A stretch of DNA of 64,000 nt, taken from the NCBI GenBank assembly GCA_009103225.1, contig RHPI01001715.1, positions 62,001-126,000 on the forward strand. Reading direction: 5' to 3'. The stretch comes from Chlorokybus atmophyticus (taxonomy: Eukaryota > Plantae > Mesostigma and Chlorokybus algae). Within the stretch, counting starts at the first letter, position 1. Each line of letters begins with the position of its first letter. Positions 9,604-21,503 of this stretch are shown piece by piece. Both the position numbers and the translations under genes were made by a program. Below the pieces are notes generated by a model. It saw only the letters and a program-made list of their open reading frames with translations. It did no database searches and was not told the origin of the DNA.

Positions 9604-11773
9604 GTCTTCTTCGCTTTCGGAGCTGGGGTCGTTGTGAAAAGCAGGTAGAAGGGTTGCAGTGACTGGTGGGTCGTGGTAACTCACTCATTCGTTTGTCAAA
9701 GAGGGAGGTGCTGGAGTGAAGTCTGCTAACGTGGTAGCAAGATCGGCTCGCCTCCACCCTTTGTTTTCTTGCTTGCCGAGTTTCCCAGCTGAGCGCTTGA
9801 CTCCCGAGAAGCATACACACGCAAAGAACAGGACGAAACAAACACAAACACCTTAAGTGATGAATAAGTGCTGTGGAGTAAGTTGCAAGTCAACAAGCTC
9901 CTTGACCAAGGACGAGTGTGGACAAGCACACAGCACTCATGCAAGTATGTTTATGTGTAACAAAAGGTTGCTGTGAAGCGAGTTTATGTGCTGCATACAC
10001 TCGCCTAACAGCAAGCTAGTGGATGCCTACAACCGTGATTGTGGTGAAAGGCAAAGTACCGTGGTAGGCAGGGAAGGGTGCAGTTGGCAGGTTATGGGGC
10101 GATGGCCACGCCAGGAGGTTAACACAACAATGCAAGAGAAACATAGGGCATCAAAGGCATGGCAGCAGGGGAAAATGTATACAAGAAAGGAATTTGGGCA
10201 ACAGCTCTTATAAGTTCAACTCTTACGCAAGGCAGCGTGCATGCACGCGGTTTGCCTGATGCGATAGTGACTTTCGAAAGTCTTGCAAGGAACACCGCCG
10301 CTTTCGCGCCAGTCCGCTTACTTGCAACTTGCTACCGATTAATTACCTAGGGTTTGCTTAAGGAAGCTGTCAATGTCGGCCGCTGCCACTGCTCTCGCTC
10401 TGCATTGGCTAACACCGAAGAGCGGTGTCGATGGGTTTTGTCACGCTGACTGACACCTGGTGATCTGGCGTGACCGATCTTAATGCTGATGTGAGCGCAC
10501 AAGGGGTGCGAGGGAGAAGGGCGTGCCGAGGGTCATCACCATGATATAGTAACGCTGTTGCTTCAACCACTTAAATCGGAAAGATCTTTCAATACATTTC
10601 ATAGTCATCAACATTACGTAAATCGCCAGTAGATAGGTTTACGGGGATTCAACTATGCCCTTATCATGCTTCTGGACGTGCTCAGCAAGCTGGCGGTTAG
10701 CTTCACCACAGACTGTCTTGCCATTTGCAATGCTTGCCAACAATCAATCGTCGCCTCTTAGCAACATTCGCGCCAGTGAGCTTATCGGTGATGATTCATG
10801 CACTCAGAGTGCACAGTGTTTTCATGAGCCACACGACTCTCGAGTCATGTGACATGAGACTTAAGAGTATGCCGTGCGAGCTCAGTCACTGGTGATTAAT
10901 CTTGTCGACCGTTAAACGACCGACTTGCAACTGCATAGAACAAAGCGAATGTACTCAAAAGGGTACGGAAGGCGGGGTACGCATGACGTGGCGGCGTTCC
11001 GGACGGCGTCACGTTTGTCTCCTCCGTCTCTCGGCATGCTCTGGGAGTGTGCGCTAGCCCAGTTGACGGTGACTGGTGCCTGGCGGCGGCGGCGGCGGCG
11101 GCGGCAGAGGCGAGACGTTGCCGGGTAGGAGGGGTCTGGCAGGCGTGGAGGAAAGCTCGCCTTATTTCTTGAGGCTTTCCGTTGCTTCAGGTACTGCCAT
11201 TGCAGGTTGTGTGAACGGAACATCTGGCTTAGGGTTTTGGTCATGATGCCACAGCACTGCTGGGTCGGTGCATGCATGGACAGCGGGGCTTGAGTTTTGG
11301 GGACGCTTGGTTTTGCTCAGCTCACGTGGGCTTATGCAAGCAGTCGCTATGGCAAAATGAGCCTTGTAATTGTTGGCACAACCAGCTAGCTTATGTCCTT
11401 CAGGTTACAATGTGGGCTCTGGCGCCAGTTGCTTGTGCTGTTCCGTATGCATGCTGGCACCGTCAGCTAGCCACAACTGTGTTTTGTCGCATCATTTCAT
11501 AAGTCAGAAGAAGTTCAAGAGCGCACAGCTGCAGTGTGATGCTCCGTGCAGTTTAGTGCTTCATTGGCAAACTCTCTTCGTACGTATCACATCAATCATT
11601 GTGCATACAGATTCTGTTATGTATGTCATTTAGACTGGATTTGCCACTTGCAAACTGCTGCTGCTGTTTGCATGTTTAGAGCAATGCTTGCTCCAGCGCC
11701 CTGCTTGTGCAAGAAACGTATTGCATTGTAAAAGGACACATGCTCACCGTGTCACAGGTGCTTAGTGGTGGCC

Positions 11774-14700
11774 ATGACGGATGACAATACTGCAAGCACA
11801 CCCGAGTCCATTATCATTGAGCCTGCTGCCAGTCACCATGATCACTCCTACCATGCGGTGCGCTCGACTTCCTCCGAGCAGGCTAGTACATCCGGCAGTG
11901 ACCACGCGCACGACATGCAGGATGACATGCAGGATGACAATGAGAAGCCCGGCTTCATTGCCGGCTTCATTGGGTCCATCCTCACACATGGCGCAACGCC
12001 TATAGAAGAAGCCTTGCCACGCAAGCAGCAAGAAGATGCGCACATCACGCATTTGCAGCATTTGCACGGCAATGTGCGGTCCGAACCCAATCTTTTGTAT
12101 GCTGGCGATGGATTGGAGGCTTCATCCGCTGCTGCAAGACCCGCTGTATCAGATTCTGAAGTGGTTGTGCCGGGGCAGTTAATACACTCGCAAAGTGCAT
12201 TCTATGGTCACCTGGATTACTTGCCAACTGCACAAACCTTGCCCCCCGCTTCAAGTACTACCAAGGTAGTGTTGCCTGATACACAATTGTTTTTGTAGTG
12301 GACTGAAGTGCTGTGCACACCGTTGGCTATTGTATGAGTATGCAACCCCCGGTGCAGTTGTGACTTCTTGGGCATGCTTGGCACTTGTTGTGGCTATATA
12401 ATAAACTAGCAATTGATACGGAGTTGCTCACTGCCTTCTCTTACGCGCAGAGGTTGGGGTCGGAGACTACAGTTGACGGCTCACAGAGTTACTTTCAAGA
12501 GGCGTCTATGCTGTCATCAGAGAGTGCCTGGGACATCAAGCCTAGTGCCTTGGCAGATGCCCCCAGTCAACAGCACAAAAAGCGGTATCAGCCACGCATT
12601 AAGCTGGAGGTTCTCACTCAGGTGAGCGGTTTCCTTGTGTGAAGTTAGCAGCATGCTGCTCAGGCATATGTTATCACTTTGCGGGCAAGGCTGTTCGTTT
12701 TTGTTCGTAGGGGGACTATGGTTAGTACGGGAATTGACAAGCAATTTTGTGCAGAGTGAGGTGGACTTTCTTGGCCTGCTGCTTCTTTTCTCTTTGGCTG
12801 CTGGCTGGGTGCTTGCAATCATCGCAGTGACCTTGTCGCATTCGCATCTGAAGTCACATGATGGTCATACGCGCAAAGGTTCAGTCGTTATTGCTGTCGC
12901 CTGGGCGTGGATACTATTTACTGTGAATCTTCTCATGCTGGTTTCATATTCTTTTCGGATATACCGGCTCAAGCGAGAAGACAGGGTGTGTGCTCAGGTA
13001 ATGCTTGGTATGCTATGTGTCTGATGGGGTTGGGGTGAGCGGGTGCAATTGTAGATGCCATTGGCAATCTGTCAGCAGGGTTTACTACTCGAACCAAGTT
13101 GTTCTTTTTCTAACAGTTGCTTATATTGCCTATGCGCAGATATGGGTGCTCTGGTTAATGGCAAGCTTTGTCCTGTGCCAAGACCTTCCAGCCACAATCA
13201 TAATAGTGAAGGATGGTTGGCGCATGACAGACGCCAGCCGCACGCTCGATCGTGTGTTTGCTCCTTTGTGCATTGCGGTCTACTACTTTTACTGGCAAGT
13301 GTGGCATTGTGCGGCTTGTGTCCTGCCGTCCAGCTTGCATGTCCTCGCATGCCTGTTGACCAACTTTGTTGTTATAGGATGGTAAACATTGCTTCATATC
13401 GCTTGATGAGCCTTGAGAATTTCTCACGTCGCCGTTTCTACGCCATCAAGGTTGGTGCCAACTATCAGCTTGACTTTTTACTCTCGCAGGGGGGATGAGG
13501 TGCTAATGTTTCCACATGCCTCGCAGATCCTCGTGTGTGGCTCATACTACATCGTGCGTGTGGTGCTCAGCATCACGCTGGAGTTTGGTTCTGCATCCGT
13601 GCCAATCATATACTGTGTGCCGGCGCTAAGAGTCCTTGCTTCTGGGTAGGTGAACTAGCAGTTTTGCGTTGTCTAATCTTTGCAGCTCTGCAAGTTGCCA
13701 TTACCAAGCATAAGTCCTGTCAGTCAACGTCACCAAGCCATTAAGGCTGACTTGTTCATAGTAGTGTTCAAGCAGATACAGCGTACCAGTCCTGATGCAT
13801 TTGAGGGTGCTTTGTTGTTGTTGCCATTGCAGTATTTTGCCTTGTCTGGAGTGCCCATCGCTTCGTGCGTGCTTGTCCGTGCAGCAGCTCCGGTGCAGGT
13901 TGCACTCACATGGGATTGTCTTCTTATGCAGGGACATGAAACCAGGGGATTGGAAAGCTGCCATGTCCGTGCTGTTCATAGCATTGTTTGACATCTGCAT
14001 CATCCTCGGTGTACTCAGCAGCACACGGCACACAGCGCGTCACTTAAAGGAGCTGGCATTCTGCAAGTACAGGTTTGTTCAGATTGTGTGGATGTACTAA
14101 CTTCACTTCAGCAGCTCAGCGGTGGGCAACCACAGGCAGAAGCTGCTGGCATCAAGGTTCTTCATCTGGCACACGCTGGTGCTGTGGGCCCTGTGTGTCA
14201 GCACCGGAGTTTTCACCCTCGCCCTGCTGCCGTTGGAAGAATATCAAGATTCTCACGGGAGATACCGAAATTTCTCTGGGCCTTCCTATGCCCTGCTGGG
14301 CCTGTATGTCATTTCCGTTACGTGGCTCTTTACACAGGTACTGTTATGGGCTGTGTGTGTACCTGCGTACGCTTGTACAGCACATACTACATTACATGAG
14401 TCACCAACTACCCTTATACACTCCCTGCTGCCTAGCTTTCTGCTGACCTTCACTGCAACATGTGTTACTGTAGGCAACAGTCCAACTGCGACTTTGTGCA
14501 ATGTGCAGGGGCATGTTCATCTCCCAGCCGACTCCCATCACAAAGGTTTGGCGGGTTGGGTGCGTTCCAACCCAGATTGGAGTCTTAGCACGGATATGCT
14601 CGCAATTCCCAGCTACAGCATGCGCGAGCGCGACACGTCCGATGACAGCATAAGCAACGGGAGGCCCCATTTTGCGCTTGAGACAAGCGTGCTCGCATAC

Positions 14701-17700
14701 AACGCCTCGTTGCTTGCCTACCGCGACTCTAAGCAGATATCGCAGCTACTGCATGATGCGGCTGAGCAGCATGGCCCGCTGCACGCTTTTAGTCTTGTCG
14801 GTCATGTTGTGGACACATTCACCGACACCAATGTATATATTTTCGCCTCAGAGTAAGTTGCTGATGTGCGATATGTTTGTTGACCCAACACAATTTATAA
14901 TCTGAAATAGCTCTTCTCCGGCAGGCAGAAGATACTAGTGTCGTTCAGAGGCACATCTTCGTTTGGAACTTTGAAAACCGACCTACAGTTTCTGCTGACA
15001 AAGCTGGACAACAGCTTCAGGTGAATGAATGGAAGATCTGCGCTGGCATGTGAGTTGGCAATGCTGTGTACATAAAGCATGCTTTTGCAGGCATCTTCGT
15101 GCAAAACCTCGGGGCAAAGGCAAAGATCGGCGCGAGACCGTTTGCAGCGAGTGCAACCATGGCGGAGGGCTGGTGTGCAAGGTTGCCAAGAGCACGCGCA
15201 AGCTCCAGATGCGAAGGTGAGATGAGGTGTTCAGCAACCAGAGAGTGCATATATCGGCGTGGGATGACACAGTCATAATCTATCTAAGTTATCGGCAGAA
15301 TTACTGTAATGTGCTTGTGCATTATATGCGCACATGGGCATGGCCACTCACATCGTATGTTGCAGGAAAAATGTAGCTGGCGATCTCTCCAGCAAACCCA
15401 TTGCAGGTCAGTGCAGCATAGTCAACTGTTTTTGCATGATGCGTTGGTGTTGCAGTGCATGTGAACACGCTGACACATGGCACTTACCATCAGAGTCTGT
15501 GGTGGAAAACTATGATGTTGAGTCGGGGCTTAGCGTGGAAGAGGAGGAAATGCTCACGCAAGCTGCAGAGGTATGCATGCAGTATGTACACAATTAGCCA
15601 GTGACAAAATGTTGATTCTTTCACTAAGGGTGCACCATGTTGCAACACTGCATGGTTATTACATGCTGACACGGTGTCACTTTGGGCAGCATGCGCACTG
15701 GGCGCATGGAGGCTCACATAAGGGTCACAACCACACTATAGCAGAATTGAGCTTGCGCCTACGCAAGTTGGATGTGCTCAACACTGGTGCAGAAACCCTA
15801 GATTTTACCGGCACAACAGTTGACTCTCAATGGGGCAATGCAGGTACAATGCAAGTTCACAAAACCCTGCTGCATTGCATATTGTGATTCTCCAAGGCAC
15901 CAATTACTGTCCCCGTAGGTGATGACTCTGATGGGACCAGATCAGACAGTGTGCCGGCAGGCGAATCATTGTCATCAAGCAGCGGCATCCCAAGCAACAC
16001 GTATGCAGCTGTGGCTCAGCAGGTGCGTCTGTTCACACTCTGGTTGATGTTGTGTCGACTGTTGACTGGTTATGCCAGCATACAGCACGGTGATGGCTGT
16101 CTGCTGCGTGATTGACGTGATCTGCACTCTGTCGTGACTGCATGATTGCATGCCTTTGATTTTATCGATATTTTATCATTACTTCTATTGTTTTAGACTT
16201 TTTATGTTTCGGCAGCTTTGGGGCAGCTTAAAGGAGCGAGCCAAAGGTCAAACTGTCAATAAGGTCCATCGAGGGTATGTGATTTGTTGTAACCATGCAA
16301 ACTTGAGGGCACTTCATGCGCATTGCAGGTTACATCTTGTGCTGTCATTCGTGTGCTGTCAGTGGTACATCTTGTGCTATCAGGTTTAATGTGCTGACTG
16401 CTGGGCTATCAGGTTCTATCACTTGTGGTTTGTGTCGTAGCTGACCAAATGCTGTGCTCTCTTGTGCTCTCTCCGCAATATCAGGTTTTATCACGCTTGG
16501 CGCCACGTGGCTCGCAAGGTATTACACTAGTACATCAGTACAGGATACGAAATTACCACAGTACCTTTGCACGCCAACAGCACACTCTCATCACTGAGTG
16601 ACATTGTTAGCAGCATGTCTTATTTTGCATGTGCAACCGCTGTGACAGTCTGACCTCTTCCGCATGCAGGTAGTGTCAATTGTACAGCGGGAGCGATTAA
16701 AAACCGATTTGCCTCGAAGCTTGTTGGTGACTGGGCACTCGTTGGGTACGTGGTAACCGCACAGTGACCTGAGCTGAGCTCCAGAGCTTGCACAACTGTG
16801 TTGCAAGCATCGGAGTCATGCATAATACACTATGTATGTGGTTGATGTGTTGTTTTTGACAGGTGGCGCTCTGGCCATGATATGTGCCCACGATGTCAGA
16901 GAATACCTGCAGATACCAAGAGAAGAGATACAGGTGTACACCTTTGGCGCACCAAGGGTCGGGAATTTAGCATTTGCCCACCATTACGATGATTTATTGC
17001 CGTACACGTTCCGCGTGGTTGTCACGCAAGATGTGGTATTGACTTGTTGTGTCAACATGATATCTGCTAATGTGCTACACCACTCTGGTCATGCCTCCTC
17101 ATCCAATTCTATTATGTCAGGTCACAAAGGTGCCGATGAGCTTGTTTGGATTTCGGCATTGCGGAAAGCTGGCACTCTTTGATGGCAACAACCACAACCT
17201 ATTGCTGGAGCCCTCATGGGCTGAGCTCGCCATTTTGCACAAGATACCATTTGGCAAGGCAGAGAATCATCTACTCAGACACTATCGGCAGGTATGCGGC
17301 ACCCTTTCCTCTATTATGGTTGCATACAACAACAACAACAACAACAACAATAATAACAATGACCACAATAACAGCGTCCCACAACCGTAACACCCTGCAG
17401 CACCAACGACTGAGGTGTCTGCGCATGTTTGCTAGGCAATGGTTGGTTGGAGGAATAAGGCGCATCGGCGGGAGGATTGGGTGATGCCGTTCTGGGACCG
17501 AAGCTCTTCAAATGTATCAGAGGAGAAAGAACAGTGCAATGTGACAAGTGACGCCATCCAGTGGTTGGGCTCAATCAAGCAGCGTGTAAGCTTATGCAGC
17601 TGCTCTATCATGCGCGTTAGGTACATGCGACATCTGTCGGCACGCAAGGCAATGGAACTTGTATTTGCAGGTGCGCGAAGCTCCCAGCAGCAGCATCAAG

Positions 17701-17793
17701 TACCTGCGCAACATCAAGTGGTTCCCTGGTTTGAAGCCGCAAGCTGCATTGGCACAGGCTGCTGCTGCTGCGAACTCACAGGAACCTGTGTAG
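11774..17793 (+). CDS. Multi-pass membrane protein with a C-terminal class-3 lipase domain (multi-exon)
   Basis: About 8-9 hydrophobic segments (12760-14340); KILVSFRGTSS..LKTDL (~14930); VHRG|FYHAW; LLVTGHSLG|GALA nucleophile motif (16720-16880); VYTFGAPRVGN; FRVVVTQDV|VTKVP; HLLRHY. Stop TAG at 17791-17793. Confidence 0.9.
17327..17362. repeat. (AAC)n microsatellite in a lipase intron
   Basis: acaacaacaacaacaacaacaataataacaat run. Confidence 0.9.
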
Positions 17794-19030
17794 AAGAAGG
17801 TGCTGTCACGCTCCCTGCACCCCTCAATTGTAGCCACAATTTTTACGCCAATGCTTAGCTTAGGAAGCTGAGGCTGCATGGGTGCTGCTGTGTCGTTGAA
17901 AGGCAAGGTTGCCTTGGGTTGTTTGCTGGTTATTAGAGTCTCTCGTTGTAGGTATAGTTGTATCAGAATCATGGCTCTGCGCCGTGACACTGCTAGAGTA
18001 CAATACACCCTAGATTGAGTGTGGTTATCAAGTCGAATAAGGCGCGGCGGTCTTCAACCGCGAGTTGTAAATTGAGGGAGTTGTTGCACATTGTCGCTGC
18101 CATGCAGAGGGTATGAGTCATATTGCACACAGCACTGCAAAAGGAGTGCGACGCGCTGTGCGCATGCATGCTGCGCGCCAATGGGCGCAAACCCTAAGGA
18201 TGCAGCCACAGCAGGGTGTATGACGCAGTAGTGGGTGGAGGTGGTGATGTGGACAGAGGAGGAGGGGGAGTCCGTTGGGTCTGCTGCTGCTGCCTCGGCA
18301 AAGACTGGGCCGCTGACCAATGGTCGTTGTGCAGGTGAATGCATATGCATGTGCATGCTTACATGGCTAACAGGGTGGTAGGGGTAGTGTAGCGTGTTGT
18401 CGTAGGTAGTGAACCCGGTGGTCAACCTTACAATGGTGTTGTTGGTATGCGCTCTGTCACTCTGCGTGCTGCTGACTGTGCATGCCACTAGGCATGTGCA
18501 TTTCCGTTTCGCATTGTTTGTACATGCAGTTTGTGCACAACGTGGGGTTTGAAAGCAGTAGTTACAATAGTTACGTGGCTAGTGTAGGTAGACCCCGGTG
18601 GTAAATAATTATTGCACGATGATGAGGATGGTGAACAATGCATGTGTCATGCATGTGTCATGCATGTTGCATGTATCATGATCACTTGCAGATTTTGTAC
18701 ACACCAGCGAACATTAATAGTAACACGCAAGCTAGCAAGCTGGGCAACACAAACGGCATTACATTGCACCCCGGGCCATCACACTACTCTATGCTAAGTA
18801 AACTATGTGCAATGCAATACCGTTGATGAAGCAGGCAGCAGCAGCAGCAGCAGCAAGCAATCAACCACCCAACCTGTGTACACATAGGCAGCCATGGTTA
18901 GCCTCAGAGTCGGCAAGTACAAGGACATCACGCAGCAGTCAGGCGTGATGTGGTATGCTGTGCTATGCTCTATGCCGCCCGCCCCCTTGCCCGCCACGCT
19001 CAGATCCGCATCATGTTCTGGCGGCGGTGG

Positions 19031-19045
19031 TTAGGGTTAGGGTTT
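19031..19045. promoter_or_regulatory. Telo-box-like motif (TTAGGGTTAGGGTTT)
   Basis: Short telomere-like repeat beside a GC-rich tract; no associated gene identified. Confidence 0.3.
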
Positions 19046-20242
19046 GATGTTGTGCGCTAAGCAAATTGCCTTGCCAGTCGCAATAGTAGTGATGCATGCT
19101 GTGCAACTCAGTGTATGTAACGCGGTGTAAATGTGTGTAAAAGATGCCATGTTGCCAACATGTGTGCACATGAAAGGCAGACATGCTGCATGCACAATAG
19201 ATTACATGTGACGTGGGTCCCCACATAGCTATGTGCCAGCATTAGTTTACCTTAGCGGCTGGAAATTATCAGCCATTGAATTGAAAAGCGGCATGGCTTT
19301 ATGTGTACAAAAGATGCAAAGGGAAACTCGCACATGCTAATTTACATGAACTTACAACGCCACAACAACCGCTCAACTTGACCATCAAGCAAAGGCATGC
19401 GCTGGCATGCTATCTACTTTTTATGCCTGCCACTACTGCCCCCCTGTTAGACATGCATATGCGCCTCAGGTCGGTTGCTAAGCTGGTTGCGTCATATGTT
19501 GCCCCGCTGCCGCTGCTGCCTGCCTCAACCACCCACCCACCCACTCATGGCATTGCACATAACAGCACTTGGCATACCAATGCCCCGGGTATAATATAAC
19601 TGTGACATCCTGTTGGTTTGCTTGCTTGCCTGTAGCTAGCTTGTAAAGCTTGTGTGAGCGTGTATGTGCATGTATAAAATACGACTTATACCGTATACAT
19701 GCATGGCAATTGCAGTCACGTGCGCATGCGCTATGCTAGTTGGTCGTATTTTTGAGTTTATCTTAAGCGCATCTCATAGTCGTCCAATGCCTCTTTGCAA
19801 GCTCATGATGCCTTGAGGCATTACAACATGCATCCTCACGGCATGATGCGCTGTACTACAGCTTGAAGTTAAAGCCTGTAACGCATCCGTGATGCTCTCA
19901 TTTTGGCATGCGCAACGCATGTTATTATTGTGTTACCCTCGCGGTGCGCCCAAACTTAACGCCTTTTAAGCGCGAATGACAATAACAATTGCTATGAAAT
20001 CAAATCTCTTTATATTGAAGACCTACAAGCACTCCTTTTAGAGCTTACTTTCTCAACTTTTGTTACGCTCCACAATGAAGTGCACCATGGTGTAAAATGT
20101 TGTAAATCTCATGTAATGAACTTGTGAGATAACTGATACACATAATGCATCCGAGTTGCTTACGATGCATGTGAGATATGATTATTATGCATTGCCTTCT
20201 ATTAATGTCTTATGCATCATCGTTTACACCGTGTGTATTGCG

Positions 20243-20275
<33 letters not shown>

Positions 20276-20546
20276 TACGCTATAAAATGTATGGTAGATT
20301 TTATATCCACTGAAACACAGCTCCATTGTTGTGCACAATGCGGAAAAAGGAAAAGGGGGGGTGGGGGGGGGTGGGTGAGGCGGGGCTATGGTATTGACGT
20401 TACATACCCGTACTCGGAGGCGCGACACCACTATTTAGCAGCGGTGACCGCCATATACCGTTCCGTCAAGACATTGAGAGAGTCATCGCATAGTTCAAAA
20501 TAACAATAATAATAGTTTTACATTCGCATGTATTGGTGGTGGGCAA

Positions 20547-20825
20547 TCAATAATTGAACGTGATGGACTTGCAACGAACACATTGCAATATTAAGTAATG
20601 AACATATACAAATTCCTTTGCATCTGCATTTCTATAGGCGTTGTCGAATGTACGATATAAATTCGTCATGTTGTCATCATTTATATTGTTATACATTGTT
20701 AAGCTATGTTGATCATTGTGGTCATTATATCTTCTTGCATCAAAATTCATCATATACTCGTCATATATGGGTTGGCAAGTTGGGACCATCAGCGGTATGC
20801 TGATGTACTCAAAAGTGAAAGTCAT
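20547..20825 (-). CDS. Intronless low-GC orphan ORF (92 aa, Asn/Asp/Tyr-rich, ending in CVRC); possible viral or TE relic
   Basis: Open for 92 codons in roughly 33% GC DNA, unlike the host coding style. Confidence 0.3.
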   Translation of the reverse strand: MTFTFEYISIPLMVPTCQPIYDEYMMNFDARRYNDHNDQHSLTMYNNINDDNMTNLYRTFDNAYRNADAKEFVYVHYLILQCVRCKSITFNY

Positions 20826-21036
20826 AACCCTTTTGCATTACGTAAACTATAAGCGTGGTCAAGTCTGGTACTGTCGCCTTTGAGGGGGGACACAAAAAGG
20901 ACGAGGGTGATAATGCAAATAAAGTTCCCCCCACAAAGTTGTCATGGGGGACCGCACTCAGTGCACATGGGAACTGTGACGGGGTACATTGTGGTAATAA
21001 TCAGATGTCCTGCAAGCTCTCACTGAGAGCCTCACA

Positions 21037-21206
21037 GTACATACAGGTCATAATAAGCCAAGCTGGTACTTAAAGTACGCAATGTATACGGTCATGTGTC
21101 TGAGATGTACTTTCTTCCAGAACGCACAGATTGCATTACAGAGTGTACTGTACAAAGCACTAGATGTACCATAATGAGCCAGTACGGTACAGTACTTGGA
21201 TGGTAC
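21037..21206. promoter_or_regulatory. Cluster of 11 GTAC cores upstream of CAMTA (CuRE/SBP-site-like)
   Basis: GTAC at 21037, 21066, 21075, 21107, 21145, 21150, 21166, 21182, 21187, 21192 and 21203; fewer than one expected at uniform composition. Confidence 0.5.
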
Positions 21207-21304
21207 AGATGCACATCGATCGTGCATTTGGCGCTCATGATTGCGATGGACCCCTCGACTGCCACGCCCTGGCTGCTGTCCTTACACGCATGTGGGGCCA
21301 TCTT

Positions 21305-21317
21305 AAACCCTAAACCC
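21305..21317 (+). promoter_or_regulatory. Telo-box (AAACCCTAAACCC) upstream of CAMTA
   Basis: Matches the plant telo-box core AAACCCTA about 190 bp before the predicted ATG. Confidence 0.45.
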
Positions 21318-21503
21318 ATGCCGGCGCCGGCGGAGGCGGGGCAGCTGGGGCTTGCCCCGCACGCTGTCTGTTATAGGCCTATTGCCCAGAGGGTGGAGTG
21401 AGTAGTATTTGCAGTGGTGTTTGGCATATTCCCCGCCCCAACCACCCAGACGGACTGTCAGCCACGCCGCCGCCACAGGCCCTCAGAGCAGCCGCCCCCA
21501 ACC

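Noticed and set aside
17880-19030. Possible minus-strand gene between the lipase and CAMTA (ORF 18054-18488)
   Set aside because: No consistent exon chain or domain could be built.
19740-19900. F-box-like degenerate minus-strand frame
   Set aside because: Five stops in about 55 codons; the resemblance is too weak.
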